Source: Octopus sinensis (Eukaryota). Taken from it: a DNA stretch of 64,000 nt. Under the pieces are notes generated by a model. The model was given only the letters and a program-made list of their open reading frames with translations, made no database searches and was not told where the DNA came from. Both the position numbers and the translations under genes were made by a program. The stretch lies in assembly GCF_006345805.1 (NCBI RefSeq), contig NW_021832598.1, positions 43,039-107,038 of the forward strand. Reading direction: 5' to 3'. Below are positions 13,288 to 29,074 of this stretch, one piece after another; positions within the stretch are counted from its first letter, which is position 1; the number at the start of each line of letters is the position of its first letter.

Positions 13288-14296
13288 TAATAGTTATCGC
13301 CATACTAATATGGTAGTCTATAAATATAAAACTAAAGCTGTCGCTGATTAGCTCCAAGAGGCCATCGCCTCAAGCTGTCTATATGACACACGAACCTGCG
13401 TCCATTACAACCCTATATATACACGCAAACATACTTAAATAGTTGAATTTTGAATTGATGGATTACTCAATATTGCTTAGTAGAGTACCATATTTAATTT
13501 GGTACTCTAGGTGCTACCGATTCTGCCAGCTTGCCACCTCCGTGTAATATTTCGTAAACGTATCATAATAGTTTCAAATTCTGGCAAAAGGCCAGAAAAG
13601 TTTGACAGTGACTTCGAATGTGTCGCCTAAGTAGCCGTCATCAGATGTTATATGTATGTAAGTGTGTGAGTCTGTATGTAATACGATTTGTTCTGCATTC
13701 ATACATCCTGCTTATTCTTCTTGGTGTTAACTGAGAATTTTTTGCTGTTTTCTGTATGCGAGTGGCAACTTTAGAAAGTGTTTGTTTTTCGCTGTTATCA
13801 ATTTTTAAGATCCACGTGTTGGCAGAAGATGCAAAACGTCGGAAAAGGGGTTTCGATGTATTTATTTACGGTGCTTCTTTTTCATACCGAGTCCAAATTT
13901 CGTCCATTCAACGGGATTGGTTTAATGGGCTTCCATCCACCAAGATGTGTAGATTTAGCTACATTCTCATTCTTAGATACTATTGGTAATCGCTCTATTG
14001 AGCCAGCAAGGCAGTTTCTACAAGATCGCTCAACCTGCGAAAATAACAGTCATATACCCCCCAATTAGCATTCAACTACCTTTATAAAAGGAAGTTTGCT
14101 ATATAAACTTTGTCATAAGATAATTAGAGCTACGGGATTTTTTTACCGTTTTCTATTCTTTTACAGATTAACGCATTTCATTCATTGCAGTGCGGCCATC
14201 GTAGTCCACCACTTTGAAGGGTTAAGTGGATCATATCCACGCCATATATATATATTATATATATATAATATATATATATATATATAGATATATATA

Positions 14297-14379
<83 letters not shown>

Positions 14380-15164
14380 TAAATACATACATACATATAT
14401 ATATACGGGTACATATATATATATGTGTGTGTGTATATATATATGTATAACAATATTATATTAAATTATATATTCACGTACATATAAATACATATGTATA
14501 TAGGCATACATACACAAGTATACACACACACACACACTCATATATATATATGCATACATACATGCATACATACACACACATATATATGTATATATGTATG
14601 TATTTGCATTTATATATATATGCATATGTATATATAGAAGGATGTCACTGGCTATACACACACGTACTCATAAGTGCATATATGCCCATACTGATATTTA
14701 TTGCTTTTAGCTGTTCGTAACCAAGATATTATAGTAAGACCAAACCTTACTTTTTATCAGAATTAATAAATGAATAATAAAAGAAACTATTTTGCGAAAT
14801 TGCAAATATTTTTGCTACGAATATAATATAGAATCTATGATAACAAGCTAGTATTTCTCTTGAAGTAAGTGTTAATATATAAGTCGTGGAGGAAAAAAAT
14901 ACTTGTAATTGGCTACAGTCAGAAGAAACAGAAATAATTGTTTGGTTATGTATTAATTTAACAGCATCCAGTAAATATGTATTTTCACGGTCTATAGTAA
15001 TAACTTATTGCTGGTGTCTTCTACAAAACACACATACACAATCAGATACAGTTAGACACACACACACATACATTCAAACAGGAAATACAAACATACATAG
15101 ATACTCATATTTTATACACATTTATGCACACATACGTATGTATATATATATATATGTTTGTGTG

Positions 15165-15196
<32 letters not shown>

Positions 15197-15269
15197 ATAT
15201 GTATATATTATATATATATATATAATACACCTTCACACACAAATATATATATACATATATGTATATATA

Positions 15270-15312
<43 letters not shown>

Positions 15313-15939
15313 CATAAAGGACATGGTTTTATATTCTTGAGTCCTTTCATTTTAGCTGTCATTATTATATTTCATTTTATTATTGCCGGAAACATGAATT
15401 CATCGTATACTTAAAGAGTTTTTTACCAAAATACTTTGCACGAAAAAATATTTTCATCATATTTATGAGGTACATATTTCAATTATTGATATAATCACAC
15501 ATACAAATACACACACACGCAGAAACACACACAGACACAGCTATGTGGTGTGTATGTGTATATGTGCGTGTGTTTGGAATGTGTCTATGCTTATGTGTAA
15601 GAACCTTTCTATGTGTGTGTGTTTATGTGAAAAAGAAATTGCGTATGTACATAATGATGCAAATAACATCCATAACAGTAACAATAAAGTACAAACAAAA
15701 TGAGAAGTCGAAAATGAACGTGAAAATATTATGGACAGAATAATAGGAAATATCGCAAAAAGAAATCGAATGTAGTATTAGAAAAAAACACCGAAGAAAA
15801 CACGAAATGTAGATATGTAAATGAGAATTGAAAGTTTTATAGAACAAGTATTATATTAAAAGAAAATAATATATATTTTTGTCCTCTTCTTTTGGCATTT
15901 TTAATACAAGTGGAATTCTTTCAAATATCTAAAGATATT

Positions 15940-16683
15940 CGCGTAACCTTTTGTGAGGAGTGGGTAAGCTGATTTCATCGACTCCAGTACTCAACTAGAA
16001 CTCATTTTATCGACCCTCACCCCAAAAGGAGGAAACCTATAGTCACCCTGAGCAGAATTTGAACCAGGACGAAATGACGGTATGCATTTGTTCTGACGTG
16101 CTACCGATTCTGCCAGCTTGCCACCTTCTTGTAAATATTTCGTAATAGTATCATAATGGTTTCAAATTTTGGCAAAAGGCGAGAAAATTTAAGGAGCAGG
16201 GGAAGTCAATTACATGGAAACCAGTACTCGACTGGTGCTTATTTTATCAACCCCGAAAGGATGAAAGGCAAAATCCACATCGGTGGATTTCGAACTCAGG
16301 ATGTAAAGATAGATAACATACCGCTAAGCATTTCGCCCGGTGTGCTAACGATTCTTATTTCTTTACTGACCACAAGAGGTTACACACAGAGGGAACAAAC
16401 AAGGACAGACAAACGGATTAAGTCGTATATATCGACCCCAGTGTGTAAGTGGTACTTATTTAATCGAGCCTGAAAGGATGAAAGGCAAAGTCAACCTCGG
16501 CGGAATTTGAACTCAGAGCGTAGCGGCAGACGAAATACCTACTTCTCTACTACCCACAAGGGGCTAAACACAGAGAGGGCAAACAAGGACAGACAAACGG
16601 ATTAAGTCGATTACAGCGACCCCAGTGCATAGCTGGTACTTAATTTATCGACCCCGAAAGGATGAAAGGTAAAGTCAAATATA

Positions 16684-16732
<49 letters not shown>

Positions 16733-17545
16733 CCTTTCTATTGACTATCCCCCTCCCTCCAAATTTCAAGCAGAAGACCTGAAATTTGGAAGGAGGGAAT
16801 AGTGGATTATATTGACCCCAAGACGATTCAGCTGGTACTTAAAATATCGACCCCGAAAGGAGGAAAGGCAAAGTCGACCGCGGCAGAATTTGAAATCAAA
16901 ACGTAGCGACGGTTGAAATACCTATTTCTTTACTACCCACAAGGGGCTAAACACAGAGAGGACAAACGGATTAAGTCGATTACAGCGACCCCAGTGCATA
17001 GCTGGTACTTAATTTATCGACCCCGAAAGGATGAAAGATAAAGTCGACCTCGGCGGAAATTGAACTCAGAACGTAACGGCAGACGAAATGCGACTATGCA
17101 TTTCGCCCGGCGTGCTAACGTTTCTGCCATCTCGCCGCCTATAGTAATATTAATGACTTCAAATTTTGGCGCAAGGCCAGCTATTTTGTGGGTGAGAAAG
17201 AGACGAGTAGATCGACTCCAGTGATCAAATGTTACTTAATATATGGACCTCTACAGGATAAAAAGTAAATTCGACCTGAACGGCATTTGAACTCAGAACG
17301 TAAAAACGGGCGTAATGCTACTAAGAAGTGTGACACTGCGCCAGTAGTTTTTGAGGGAAAAGGATAAGTCGATTACATCACTGATACGTATTTTATCAGT
17401 ACTTATCTGATACTTATTTTATCGACCTCAGAAAGCATGAAAACAATGTCGACTTCGGTGGTATTGGAACTCAGAACATAATGCCGGAAGTGATCTCGCT
17501 GAACATTTTGTTTGGCACGCTAACGCTTCTGCAAGCTCACCTTAA
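15940..17545 (-). mobile_element. Head-to-tail array of SINE family B copies (about 7 full or partial)
   Basis: Repeated TCGACCCCGAAAGGATGAAAGGCAAAGTCGACCTCGGCGGAATTTGAACTCAGAACG core, all in one orientation. Confidence 0.85.
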
Positions 17546-18192
17546 AGATATTAATGATTTCGGATTTTGCCACAGTGTCAGAAATATTTGAGGACTTTTA
17601 TAATCGTATTTTTCTACCCAACTACTTAACTAATTAATTAATCTAACACCTACAGTTTGTATTTTGAGAGTAACTGGAAGTGCTGGTTTGATAGATTTCT
17701 AAAGAGATCACCATTATGCAAGAATTGAAAGGGCGCTTCGAACTAGAATCGAAACCAATATGTGATGTGAGTGCTGTGTGTAACATTGTTTGAAATATTG
17801 ATTTCTAACATTGGTGAAATACTCCAAATCCGAAATTGAATTATCGACGATAAGATAGCCTAAGCCTTCAGATGAAGTGTAATTATTCGAACGCAGAGAC
17901 TGGAAAATGAAGTTGACTTGGTCGAGATTTGAAATTCAAACGTAAACATTAGCGTTATCAACTGCAACCAAGAGATTCTACCGTTCTTCAGCACTACATC
18001 GTTGAAAATATTATACATTACGTGAAATTATATTTCCACACAATAAGATCTAATCTCGTGACTAGACAGCTCACTTACATATTTTTATGACACTTGAGAC
18101 AATTTAATTTCCTTTTCTTCGCACAATGTCAGAGAAAGGCAATGAAGCCTTAGCAAACATATAAGTGCGTTTGTTTGTAGGCGTGAACGTAC

Positions 18193-18901
<709 letters not shown>

Positions 18902-18907
18902 ACTTAC

Positions 18908-19040
18908 TGTTCCGGAAACCATTCCATTCTGAGAAATCGATCCTGCGATCATTGTACTGGATGCCAGCGGCTGCGAACAGCATACGACAGACCTCAGCAC
19001 GGCCGCGGTGGTTGAAGTAGTACAGCGTGTAGGAAGGCAT
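18908..19040 (-). CDS. S-crystallin coding exon 1 (aa 1-44, phase 1 end)
   Basis: [44 protein letters not shown]; donor A|GTAAGT. Typical S-crystallin/GST-sigma N-terminus with Y8 and W39. Confidence 0.97.
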
Positions 19041-19218
19041 TATTGTTTGTTTGTGTTGTGCTGTAGTTAAACAAGTTAACAGATTTCCCTGAAAGGTTTC
19101 GTAAATAAATCAAAGTTAGAACAAAAATGACACTAAACAGATAAACACAAGTGTTAGCTGTTGAAGGTGAGGAAGGTGTTGTTTCAGCTCTGGCTGCTGT
19201 GCTAGCACGGACCGAGGC

Positions 19219-19225
19219 TTATATA
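19219..19225 (-). promoter_or_regulatory. TATA box (TATATAA) of the S-crystallin gene
   Basis: CTATATAAG on the minus strand about 180 nt upstream of the ATG, in non-repetitive sequence. Confidence 0.7.
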
Positions 19226-19242
19226 GTCCACCTGTGCTGCTG

Positions 19243-19249
19243 TTAGTCA
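19243..19249 (-). promoter_or_regulatory. AP-1-like site TGACTAA
   Basis: One mismatch to TGACTCA, 18 nt upstream of the TATA box. Confidence 0.4.
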
Positions 19250-19280
19250 CAGTCAAAGTATAGGTTAGGCCTGGCATTGC

Positions 19281-19291
19281 TGCTATGTCAT
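19281..19291 (-). promoter_or_regulatory. Antioxidant response element (ATGACATAGCA)
   Basis: Exact match to the RTGAYnnnGCR consensus about 60 nt upstream of the TATA box. AP-1/ARE elements are reported in squid S-crystallin promoters. Confidence 0.55.
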
Positions 19292-19304
19292 CAGGTTCAA
19301 TCAC

Positions 19305-19312
19305 TCACGTCA
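19305..19312 (-). promoter_or_regulatory. CRE-like site TGACGTGA
   Basis: 7/8 match to TGACGTCA, just upstream of the ARE. Confidence 0.35.
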
Positions 19313-19945
19313 AGGACGATGCAATAGTGTCCTTAGTGAACGTATTGATTATCTTATGTCCTACTACTACTACTACTATTACTCCTACGGCTCGAAATGA
19401 TAATTATCTTTAAGACTGGTACGAGGGAGAGAGAGAGAGAAGGAGAGGAAGAGAGAGGCAGAAAATGAGATGGACGAAGAGAGAGAGGGGTGAGAGAGAG
19501 AGAGAGAGAGTGATCTGTGCATCGCATCACTGCCTGTACTTGACTGTTGTGTATTTTTTCTTAATCCCCGGAATAGGAAACAGTGACAGCTTTGCCCTCA
19601 GCAAGACCCGAACTTGGAACTTAGAGATATGCAACTGAATACGATAGAGCAGTTAACCTGTTGTTCTACAGACACAAGTATACACACCCCACGAATATCT
19701 GGTATTGAACTTGCAATAAAACAACAACTACTACTACTTTTACCACCATGACTACTACTACTGGCTAAAATGTTTGGCACAAGGGCAGCAGCTGTAAGGG
19801 AGGAGACAAACCGATCACATAGACTTCAGTGGTAAACTGGTACTCTAATTCTTCGATTCCGAAATGATGACAGCCAATGTCGACATTATTTGAACTCAGA
19901 ATGTAAGTATTATGTCAGATAGTCTAACAGTTTTGATAATCACTC

Positions 19946-21159
<1,214 letters not shown>

Positions 21160-21284
21160 TAAGAGGTGTTACCTTAGCTAACTAGTAGTGAACAGCTGAC
21201 ACTGTATTACATCTCTAGCGTTAGAAGCTGTGCAAAGGTAATAAATAGAAATTTCTACTAAAAAAAAAAGGCCTGAAATTTTAA

Positions 21285-21507
21285 TAACGGTTTAAAATTT
21301 TTGCACAAGGCCAGCAAGTTCGAGGAGGATTTAAGTCGATTGCGCCGACCACAGTGCTTAACTGTTAGTTATTTTAGCGATCTGGAAAAGGATAAACAGT
21401 AAAATCGACCCCGGCAGAATTTGAACTCAGAACGTGAAGACGGACAGAATGCGGCTAATCATTTTCCCCGGCTTGCTAACGATTCTGCCAGCTCACTGCC
21501 TTAATAA

Positions 21508-21550
<43 letters not shown>

Positions 21551-22610
21551 AATAATAATAATAATAATAATAATCCTTTCTACAATAAGCACAAGGTCCG
21601 AAATTTTCGGGTGGGGTCTAGTCGATTATTTCTACAGCAATACGTAACAGGTACTTATTCCATCGACTCTGAAAAGATGAAAGGCAGAGTCGACCTCAAC
21701 GGAATTTGAGCTCAGAACGTAAAGACGGACGAAATGCTATTTAGCATTTTCCCTGGCGTTCTAACGTTTCTAACAGCTCGCTGCCTTCATAATAGTTATG
21801 ATTTAAAATTTTAGCACAAGGTCAGCAATTTCGGAACGTGGGTATAAGTCTATTACATCCACCCCAGTACTCGACTGGTATTTATTTTATTGATCTCAAA
21901 ATGATGAAAGGCAAAGTCGAATTCGGTGGAATTTGAGCTCAGAAATAGGCTGAAGAGGAAGATGCCCTTTCTCACTCCTTTCCGCCTCGTCCACCACACA
22001 ACCTCTTTCGCTAGAGACAGAAATTATGTCTGTCCCGCTTTAACTAAAGCAGGTGGTGTAGTGATAATGACGATGGACTCGGCCGATAATCGACTTCGTC
22101 TGATACTCATCAACAGCCCTACTCGTATATTGCCATTGTTTCAGCAATACTCAAGCACTGTAGATAATGATAATGATCCTTATTTCTCATAGGTATGATG
22201 CCTGAAATTTTAGAGAGGCCAGTCGACTACATTGATCCCTGTGCTCAAATGGCATTCTTTTATTGACCCCGAAAGAATGGAAGGTAAAGTTGACTTCGGC
22301 AACATTGAACTCAGAACGTGAAGACGAACGAAATGTCGCTAAACATTTTGTATTGCATGCGAGTCATTCTGACAGCTCGCCACTTTAATACTGATAGTTT
22401 CAAGTTTTGGCACAAAGCCAGTAATTTCAGGGAAGTGGGTAAATTGATTACTTCGATATACCAGCACATAACTGGTACTTATCTTACCGACCCCGAAAAG
22501 ATGAAAGGCAACATCGACCTCTGCGGAATTTGAACTCAGAACGTAAAGACAGGCGAAATGTCGCTCAGGCCTTTGTCCGGCGTGTTAACCATTCTTTCGA
22601 CTGACCGGAA
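21285..22610 (-). mobile_element. Array of SINE family B copies (about 5)
   Basis: Same core motif repeated in one orientation. Confidence 0.8.
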
Positions 22611-22620
22611 TGGGATTTGG

Positions 22621-24293
22621 TAAACACAATTATGAGCTTAAAGACCTATTACCCACTGTGAAGGCATTCAGTGATGACATCGGGATGGAATTTGGTCTTC
22701 ATAAATGTGCCTAGATCGCTTTTCAGAAAAGGAAATTGAAAACCTCGCATTCAGTGGTGTTATAAAACAAACTTACAAGTACCTCGGAATAAATGACGGC
22801 TCTGGCATTCAGCAAGCAAGCATGAAGGAGATCAGAAAAAGAATGTTATAGGAGAGTTCAAGCAGTCCTTAAATCTGAGTTAAATGCACGTAACAAGGTG
22901 TTAGCCATCACATGCTTAGCAGTTCCAGTTATTATTTATAGTTTCAATCTGTTGAACTGGAATATCCTCGAAATAAAGAAAATGGACAGGAAAATATGTA
23001 AGCTACTGACTTACACCATCCTAAAGGCAGATGCAGATCGTCTTTACCTTCCTAGAGCCCCAAAAGGTCGAAACATGATCCGATTCGAAATCTCTTACAA
23101 AACCATAACAATTGAACTGGTCAAATATCTTGAAATATCTAACGACTGGATGCTAAAACTCGTTGAAAACTACGAGCGACGTAAGAAGCTGCATTGCGTC
23201 ACGAAGGATAGCGAAACAATTGCTAGTGTATCCCTACCTAATACCCAGGTTGAGCAACATAAAGGAATTGTGGCAATTATTGGTGCAAAGAAAGGGAAAT
23301 CATAGGCCCAAAAAGCAGAAAAGGCGTTTGAACAATGACCTGATAGGTGAGAACAAAAACCTCTTATGTTAACTATGTGTCCCGTAGCAGACAAGCTGAA
23401 GTAGATCAGAAACACATTTATCAGTAGCTCCGAAGCTCAGGCTTAAAGGCAGAGAGCTAAGGCTTTATCTTAGCTGCTCAAGATCAGAGCTTATTGACCC
23501 TTAATTTTCAAGCCAATGTGAACGAAAATGTAGACTCAAAGCGCCGATACTGCAACGATGAGAGTGAAACAGTAGTTCACCTAATCTCTGGGTGTTAAGT
23601 TTAGCTCCTATAGAGTATAAATCAAGACATGGCGAGTACCTACACTGGTTAATATGTCGGCATTATGAAATCAAAACTGCTGACAAACGGTACAGCCACC
23701 ATCCTGAGGCTTAACTGAGGGAGAAAATAAAACGATTCTTTGGGACTTACCAGTATATACAGACCGGTCCATCAAAGCTAATAAACCAGATATTGTTGTG
23801 ACAGACCAAAACAATAAAACCTATTTATTGATTAACATCAGAATACCTTGTGGTCATAACATTTCGGGAAAAGAATTTAAGATCAGAAAATATAAGATTT
23901 GCTGATTGAAATCGAAAAAATGTGGCATCTCAAGACAGTTACAATACCAGTGCTTGTAGGAGCACTTGGAATGATCAAAAAAGGAACTGAAAACTATTTG
24001 AAGATGATCCCTGGCTTAACATCCATGCAAGAAATGCAAAAGATTGTTTTAACGGGTACGTTTTTTCCGCTTTATTTTCTTTGTTAACATTTTTTGTCTA
24101 TTATTTCCTATTTTTATATTTTCTTCTTTCCTTTTGCTTTGTTTCTTTCTTCGCCCCTTCCTTTTTTCTATGACATGACTTTGTAAATGTACAATCTGGT
24201 GTCTTTATTTTAATGGCCTAACAATGTTTAGTGGGATTTTCTTTGCACTAGGTGTCGGGAAGACACTTGGCAAAAAATGGAAAGAAAATTGAA
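22621..24293 (+). mobile_element. Degraded 5'-truncated R4/Dong-type RLE retrotransposon (same subfamily as 48908-51385)
   Basis: ADADRLYLPRA, MLIEIEKMWHLKTVTIPVLVGALGMIKKG; co-linear with the 48908 element including the 3' UTR; many frameshifts. Confidence 0.9.
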
Positions 24294-24334
24294 TGACGAT
24301 GATAATGATAATGGTAATTATTATTATAATAATT

Positions 24335-24995
24335 TAAAATTTTGGCACAAGGCCAGCACTTTCGGTGGATGGGTGAGTTGTTTACATAGGCCCCAGTGTT
24401 CAACTGATACTAACTGATACATCGACCCCGAAAGGAGGAAAGGTAAAGTCAACCTCGACAGAATTTGAACTCTGAACATAAAGACGGACGAAATATCACT
24501 AAGCCTCTTGTCTGGCGTGTTAACGATCCTGCCAGCTCGCCGCCTTAATAGTAATCCTCTCTACTGGAGGCACATGGCCTCAAATTTTTGGGGAGATGAC
24601 TAGTCAATTACATCTACCCCGTGGTTCACTTGTACTTAATTTATCGACCCCAAAAGGTAAAGTCAACCTCCGCAGAATTTGAATTCTGAACGTTAAGATG
24701 AACGAAATACCACTAAGACTTTTGTCCGGCGTGCTAACGATTCTGCCATTTCGCCGCCTTAATAATAATAACAACAACAACAATAATAAATTCTACAACA
24801 ATCACAACGCCTGAAATTTGGGGGAGGGGCAAATCGATTATATCGACCCCAGTACTCAATTGGTACTTATTTTATCGATCCCAAAGGATGAAAGGCAAAG
24901 TCGACCTCGGTGGAGTTTGAACTCAAAGACAGAAGAAATACCGCTAAGCATTTTGCCCAGTGTGCTAACGTTTCTGCCAGCTCGTCGCCTTAATA
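24335..24995 (-). mobile_element. Three tandem SINE family B copies
   Basis: Core motif repeated three times. Confidence 0.8.
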
Positions 24996-25193
24996 GTAAT
25001 AATAATGCTTAGCATTTCTCATAAGATGCTGCGAAAAATATGAACGTTTCTTACAGGAAAACGAAAAATAGAATATTTCCCTTACGTAACAAAAACTTTA
25101 CTGATACATAAAGAATGGTGTGAATGAACATAATAAAAATTCCCCATGGATCAGAATATTAAAAGACAAATACAAAAAAAGACAAGTATAAAT

Positions 25194-25634
25194 AGGAGTA
25201 GCTGTGTGGTAAGTAGCTTGCTTTATGTAACGCCTTAATGGCGAATCTTTCATGAAATGAAGTAGCTTGCTTACAAACCACATTGTTTCGGGTTCAGTCC
25301 CATTGCGTGGCACCTTCGGCAATTGTCTGCTATTATAGCCTCAGGCCGACCAAAGTCTTGGAGTGGATTTGGTAGACAGAAACTGAAAGAAGCCTATCGT
25401 ATATATATGTATGTGTGTGTATATGTTTGTGTGTCTGTGTTTGTCCCCACCCCCAAATCGCTTGACAACCGATGCTGATGTGGTTACGTCCCCTTAACTT
25501 AGCGGTTCGGCAAAAGAGACGGATACAATAAATGCTAGGCTTACAAAGAATAAGTCCTGGGGTCGGTTTGCTCGACTAAAGGCGGTGCTCCAGCATGGCC
25601 ACATTCATATGACTGAAACAAGTAAAAGAGTAAA
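25194..25634 (+). mobile_element. SINE family A, full-length
   Basis: Co-linear with the 33549 and 60696 copies; (GTAAAAGA)n tail. Confidence 0.88.
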
Positions 25635-25859
25635 GGAGAGACGCAAGGATGCTTCGCAGTAAGGAATTTACCAACGCACTGAGAACTGCAAAAAAACTGG
25701 TAAACAACTGGGATTGAGAAATTTTTTCCAAATTTTTGTAGCACCTGACGAGTACCCATGTATGTATTATAGTAGCCGTATATCTAATAGTATTTTGCGT
25801 GTGCTTCAACTCAAAACCTACGTTTGATTATTGGCTACTGATAACACTATAAATCTCCT

Positions 25860-27400
25860 CGCAGGAGGAAATATACAGGACCCACAGAGTTATTGGTCTA
25901 TAATCCGATTACCAACAGTGAAAACATTCCTAACATGCATAGCCTGCAACAGATTGGTTAATTTTTTTTACAGAACAATGTTCTTAGAAGAATGGAAAAC
26001 GTGACGTAAAGTGACGTAAGGCTGTATAGTGCAACTAACGGTGAACTGAGTGATTACAGAAAGTAAGATAGAGTGGAAAACGAACTTTAGCATGCATGAT
26101 TTCGGTGGATTGCTTAAAAGATTGTATTTGAAAGAGTTTTACACTCATAGACACTGTTGACTCTTGGCGTAAGTCAAGCAGGCCAAAATACTATCGAAAT
26201 ATATCAAGCATATCGTCGCACCACGGAAAACAGTAAACGGTATCGTTACAGACAGAAGACAATGGAAGTAAGCCTTGTATTACTGAAGATAACTTGTCCA
26301 AGAAAATTCATTATCTCCCCTAATCTTCTAACAGCCCTTTCTCAATTAACAATGCTGTTGAACGAAAACAACCATTGGCTGCTGATGCTAAAGAAAAAAA
26401 TGTAAATTATCTTGTGTGTATATATGAATTAAAGCATTTACAAACTGGAAAAACTAGCTGAAAACTGTCCATAAATTCGAATATGACATAAAAATGAATA
26501 TGGCATTAGACAGATATGCCAATGGACGAATAAGAATAGATATACCAGCTACACTGAAGAGCGAGATGTAGATAAGGGGATTGGACTGAAAAGTTTAACA
26601 ATCAAACACAACATTTAAAACGGAATTTCAAGATATGCTGTTGATAAAAAGGGATACAGAAGCTACTCCATAACAAATATTTAATAAATCTCGCCAACTT
26701 GTATGTATCCCATGGAAAAGCCAACAATAGTTGAAAAGCTATGAGCTAAAGGGAGAAATGCAGGAAAGGAAGATCTGTTTTTACCTGCACAAGATCAGAG
26801 AAGCATGTACATAAATAAAAGTGAAAGATGCCAACTTTAAAAAACTGTCTGTACTACCGTTAAAATATGGCGATTGGCCACAACAATTTCATTTGCTCAG
26901 TAAGATATGAAGACAGTGACATAAACATATATCAAACAGAGAACATGTTAACGACCTAGTCGTGATCATATGGGACATGCCTATCCCAAACTTAAAAGTA
27001 GATGAAAGGAAACTAGCTAGACATAGTAATTAAGGACTTGGAAAAAATATCTGCACGCTGATATATATGCGGATACCACTTGATCAAAGCAGTGTCCAAA
27101 ATGAGGTGGAGAAACTGTCAAAAGACAGGGAAAGAAAAACCGAAAAAATCCAATGCGAAGTGTTTGAATATAAACAAAGTACAAATAAGGAAAACCCTAG
27201 GTATGGTAAAAATCCAACAAAATTATGGAGACAGTCCCAGAGGTCGACATGTTACAGACAGTCGTAAAAGGAATTCTATTAAATATAATGTGTAATCTAT
27301 GCAAAACACACTCTTTCAATTCAAAACTCATTCTCACACGTTATGTTCTCAGCAAACAACACATGCCTTATACAATAACAACCAAATATAATAACACAAC
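25860..27400 (+). mobile_element. Highly decayed R4/Dong-type RT/RLE relic
   Basis: Residual motifs: FVQENSLSP (FQGDSLSP-like, about 26298), LPAQDQ (about 26783), DIVIKDLEKNICTLIYMRIPLD (RLE, about 27020). Confidence 0.65.
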
Positions 27401-28158
27401 TCACACCACACATTTTTTGGAGAATAAACAACCAACAAAATAGAACCCCAGAAGAATACCCTATAATATAACCAGTAATATAACATTACCCAACCAAAAC
27501 TCCATAGATAATAACACATACTTTATAGAACAGGATAACTGTGTGCACATCTTAATATCCTACTGTTATATATTAACAAGTAAAATAATACACGTCTTAT
27601 AAAATAACCAGCATATATTATATCTAGAATAACACATTCTCTAAGCGATCAACAGCCAATAAAATCATACAACACACCCACATATATAGCATATATCCGA
27701 CGCTATAACAACAGCAGCTCACACAGTATATTTTGCAGATTTCCAATTACAGGCGGCGACCTGAACGAGTAATTTGAGCATGGGATAGAATGACTTAATA
27801 TATTGGATCCTGTTTCCTGAGTCAAAGGCTCGATAGTATCCACATTGCCTGTAATTTTCTTGAATTCTATGAAATAAAGTAGCAGTCCAGGGCGATAGAC
27901 TAACGTAATTGTTAGAGCTTTGAACAAGGTATTTTGTGATATTCATTACAGATTTTTGTCTTTTGTGCTTTCTGGAATCTTTTATACATGTCGTTGATCT
28001 CGCTAATAAAATTTGTTTATCTAATTCAAAATGTCAATGGCCTTCCGTACGTAATTTGTGGTAAAAAAAAAAGAAAATGAAACAATCTGCTTCATATATT
28101 TATTTTACTTTCTTTCTATAAATTTCTCCGTCTTTCATTACACACACACACACACATA

Positions 28159-28530
28159 CAGAGGTGAGACATAATAATGGAAACACCTTAAAATTTCAAA
28201 GAAATATATTTTAATAAGGGGTAGGATTGCCTTTGGTGGTAATTACAGATAAAATTCTATGAGGTATGAACTCGTACAAAATTTGAATTGTTTCCAAAGG
28301 AATTTTTGTCCATTCTTCAGCTAAAACAGTCTCTAGTTTTTGTGATGATAGTGGAGGACATCGACTCCTTGCTTGTTTGTCTAAACTGCACCGTAAAATG
28401 TTCAGTAATGTTGAGATCAGGGGAGTGTTGTGGCCAGATAAGATGTTCAACTTCATTAGAATGTTGCTCGAGCTATACAGTAACAACTTCAGCTGTGTGA
28501 ATTGGTGCACATTCATCTTAAACGAAATGA
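28159..28530 (-). mobile_element. Tc1-family transposon 3' end relic
   Basis: LETVLAEEWTKIPLETIQILYEFIPHRILSVITTKGNPTPY* resembles a Tc1 C-terminus; TA followed by TIR-like CAGAGGTGAGACATAATAATGGAAACACC. Confidence 0.75.
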
Positions 28531-28574
28531 TGGAATATGAAATTATAAAGAATGAATTAATTGAGTACCCTTTT

Positions 28575-28785
28575 TTACTCTAGGTACAAGGCCTGAAATT
28601 TGGAGGGAGGGGTTCCAGTCAATTAGATCGACCCCGGTACGCAACTAGTACTTAATTTATTGAGCCCGAAAGGATGAAAGGCGAAGTCGACCTTGGAAGA
28701 ATTTTAATTGAGAACGTAGCGAAAGACGAAATATCGCTAAGCATTTCGCCCAGCATGCAACCGATTCTGCCATCTCACCGCCTTA
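28575..28785 (-). mobile_element. SINE family B
   Basis: Core motif present. Confidence 0.8.
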
Positions 28786-28849
28786 GATGATGTTGTATTC
28801 AACCAAGAGGATGTAGGGAATTGCCAAATCGCTGTTTATTTTCTCTTTC

Positions 28850-29040
28850 ATAAAACAGTAGTCGATAAAGTAGATGTAAAAAAGAGTACGGAATACAGGA
28901 TGTAAAAATACGAACGTCTGATAAACTGGAATTGCAGTAAAATTGACGTTATCCCAATTATGATTGGACCCTTGGAAACAGTTTAAATGATAAGTTGAAA
29001 ATGAATAGATTTAAACAATATATCAAGTCCTTAAGAATTT
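28850..29040 (+). mobile_element. Small R4/Dong RLE C-terminal relic
   Basis: VIPIMIGPLETV resembles the VIPVVIGALG motif. Confidence 0.4.
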
Positions 29041-29074
29041 TAAAGCTGCACACGTATAGGTACAACCGTGCATT

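Noticed and set aside
19088-19160. Possible small 5' UTR intron (T-rich tract ending TTTCAG)
   Set aside because: The acceptor-like sequence is present but there is no convincing donor; cannot be called without cDNA.
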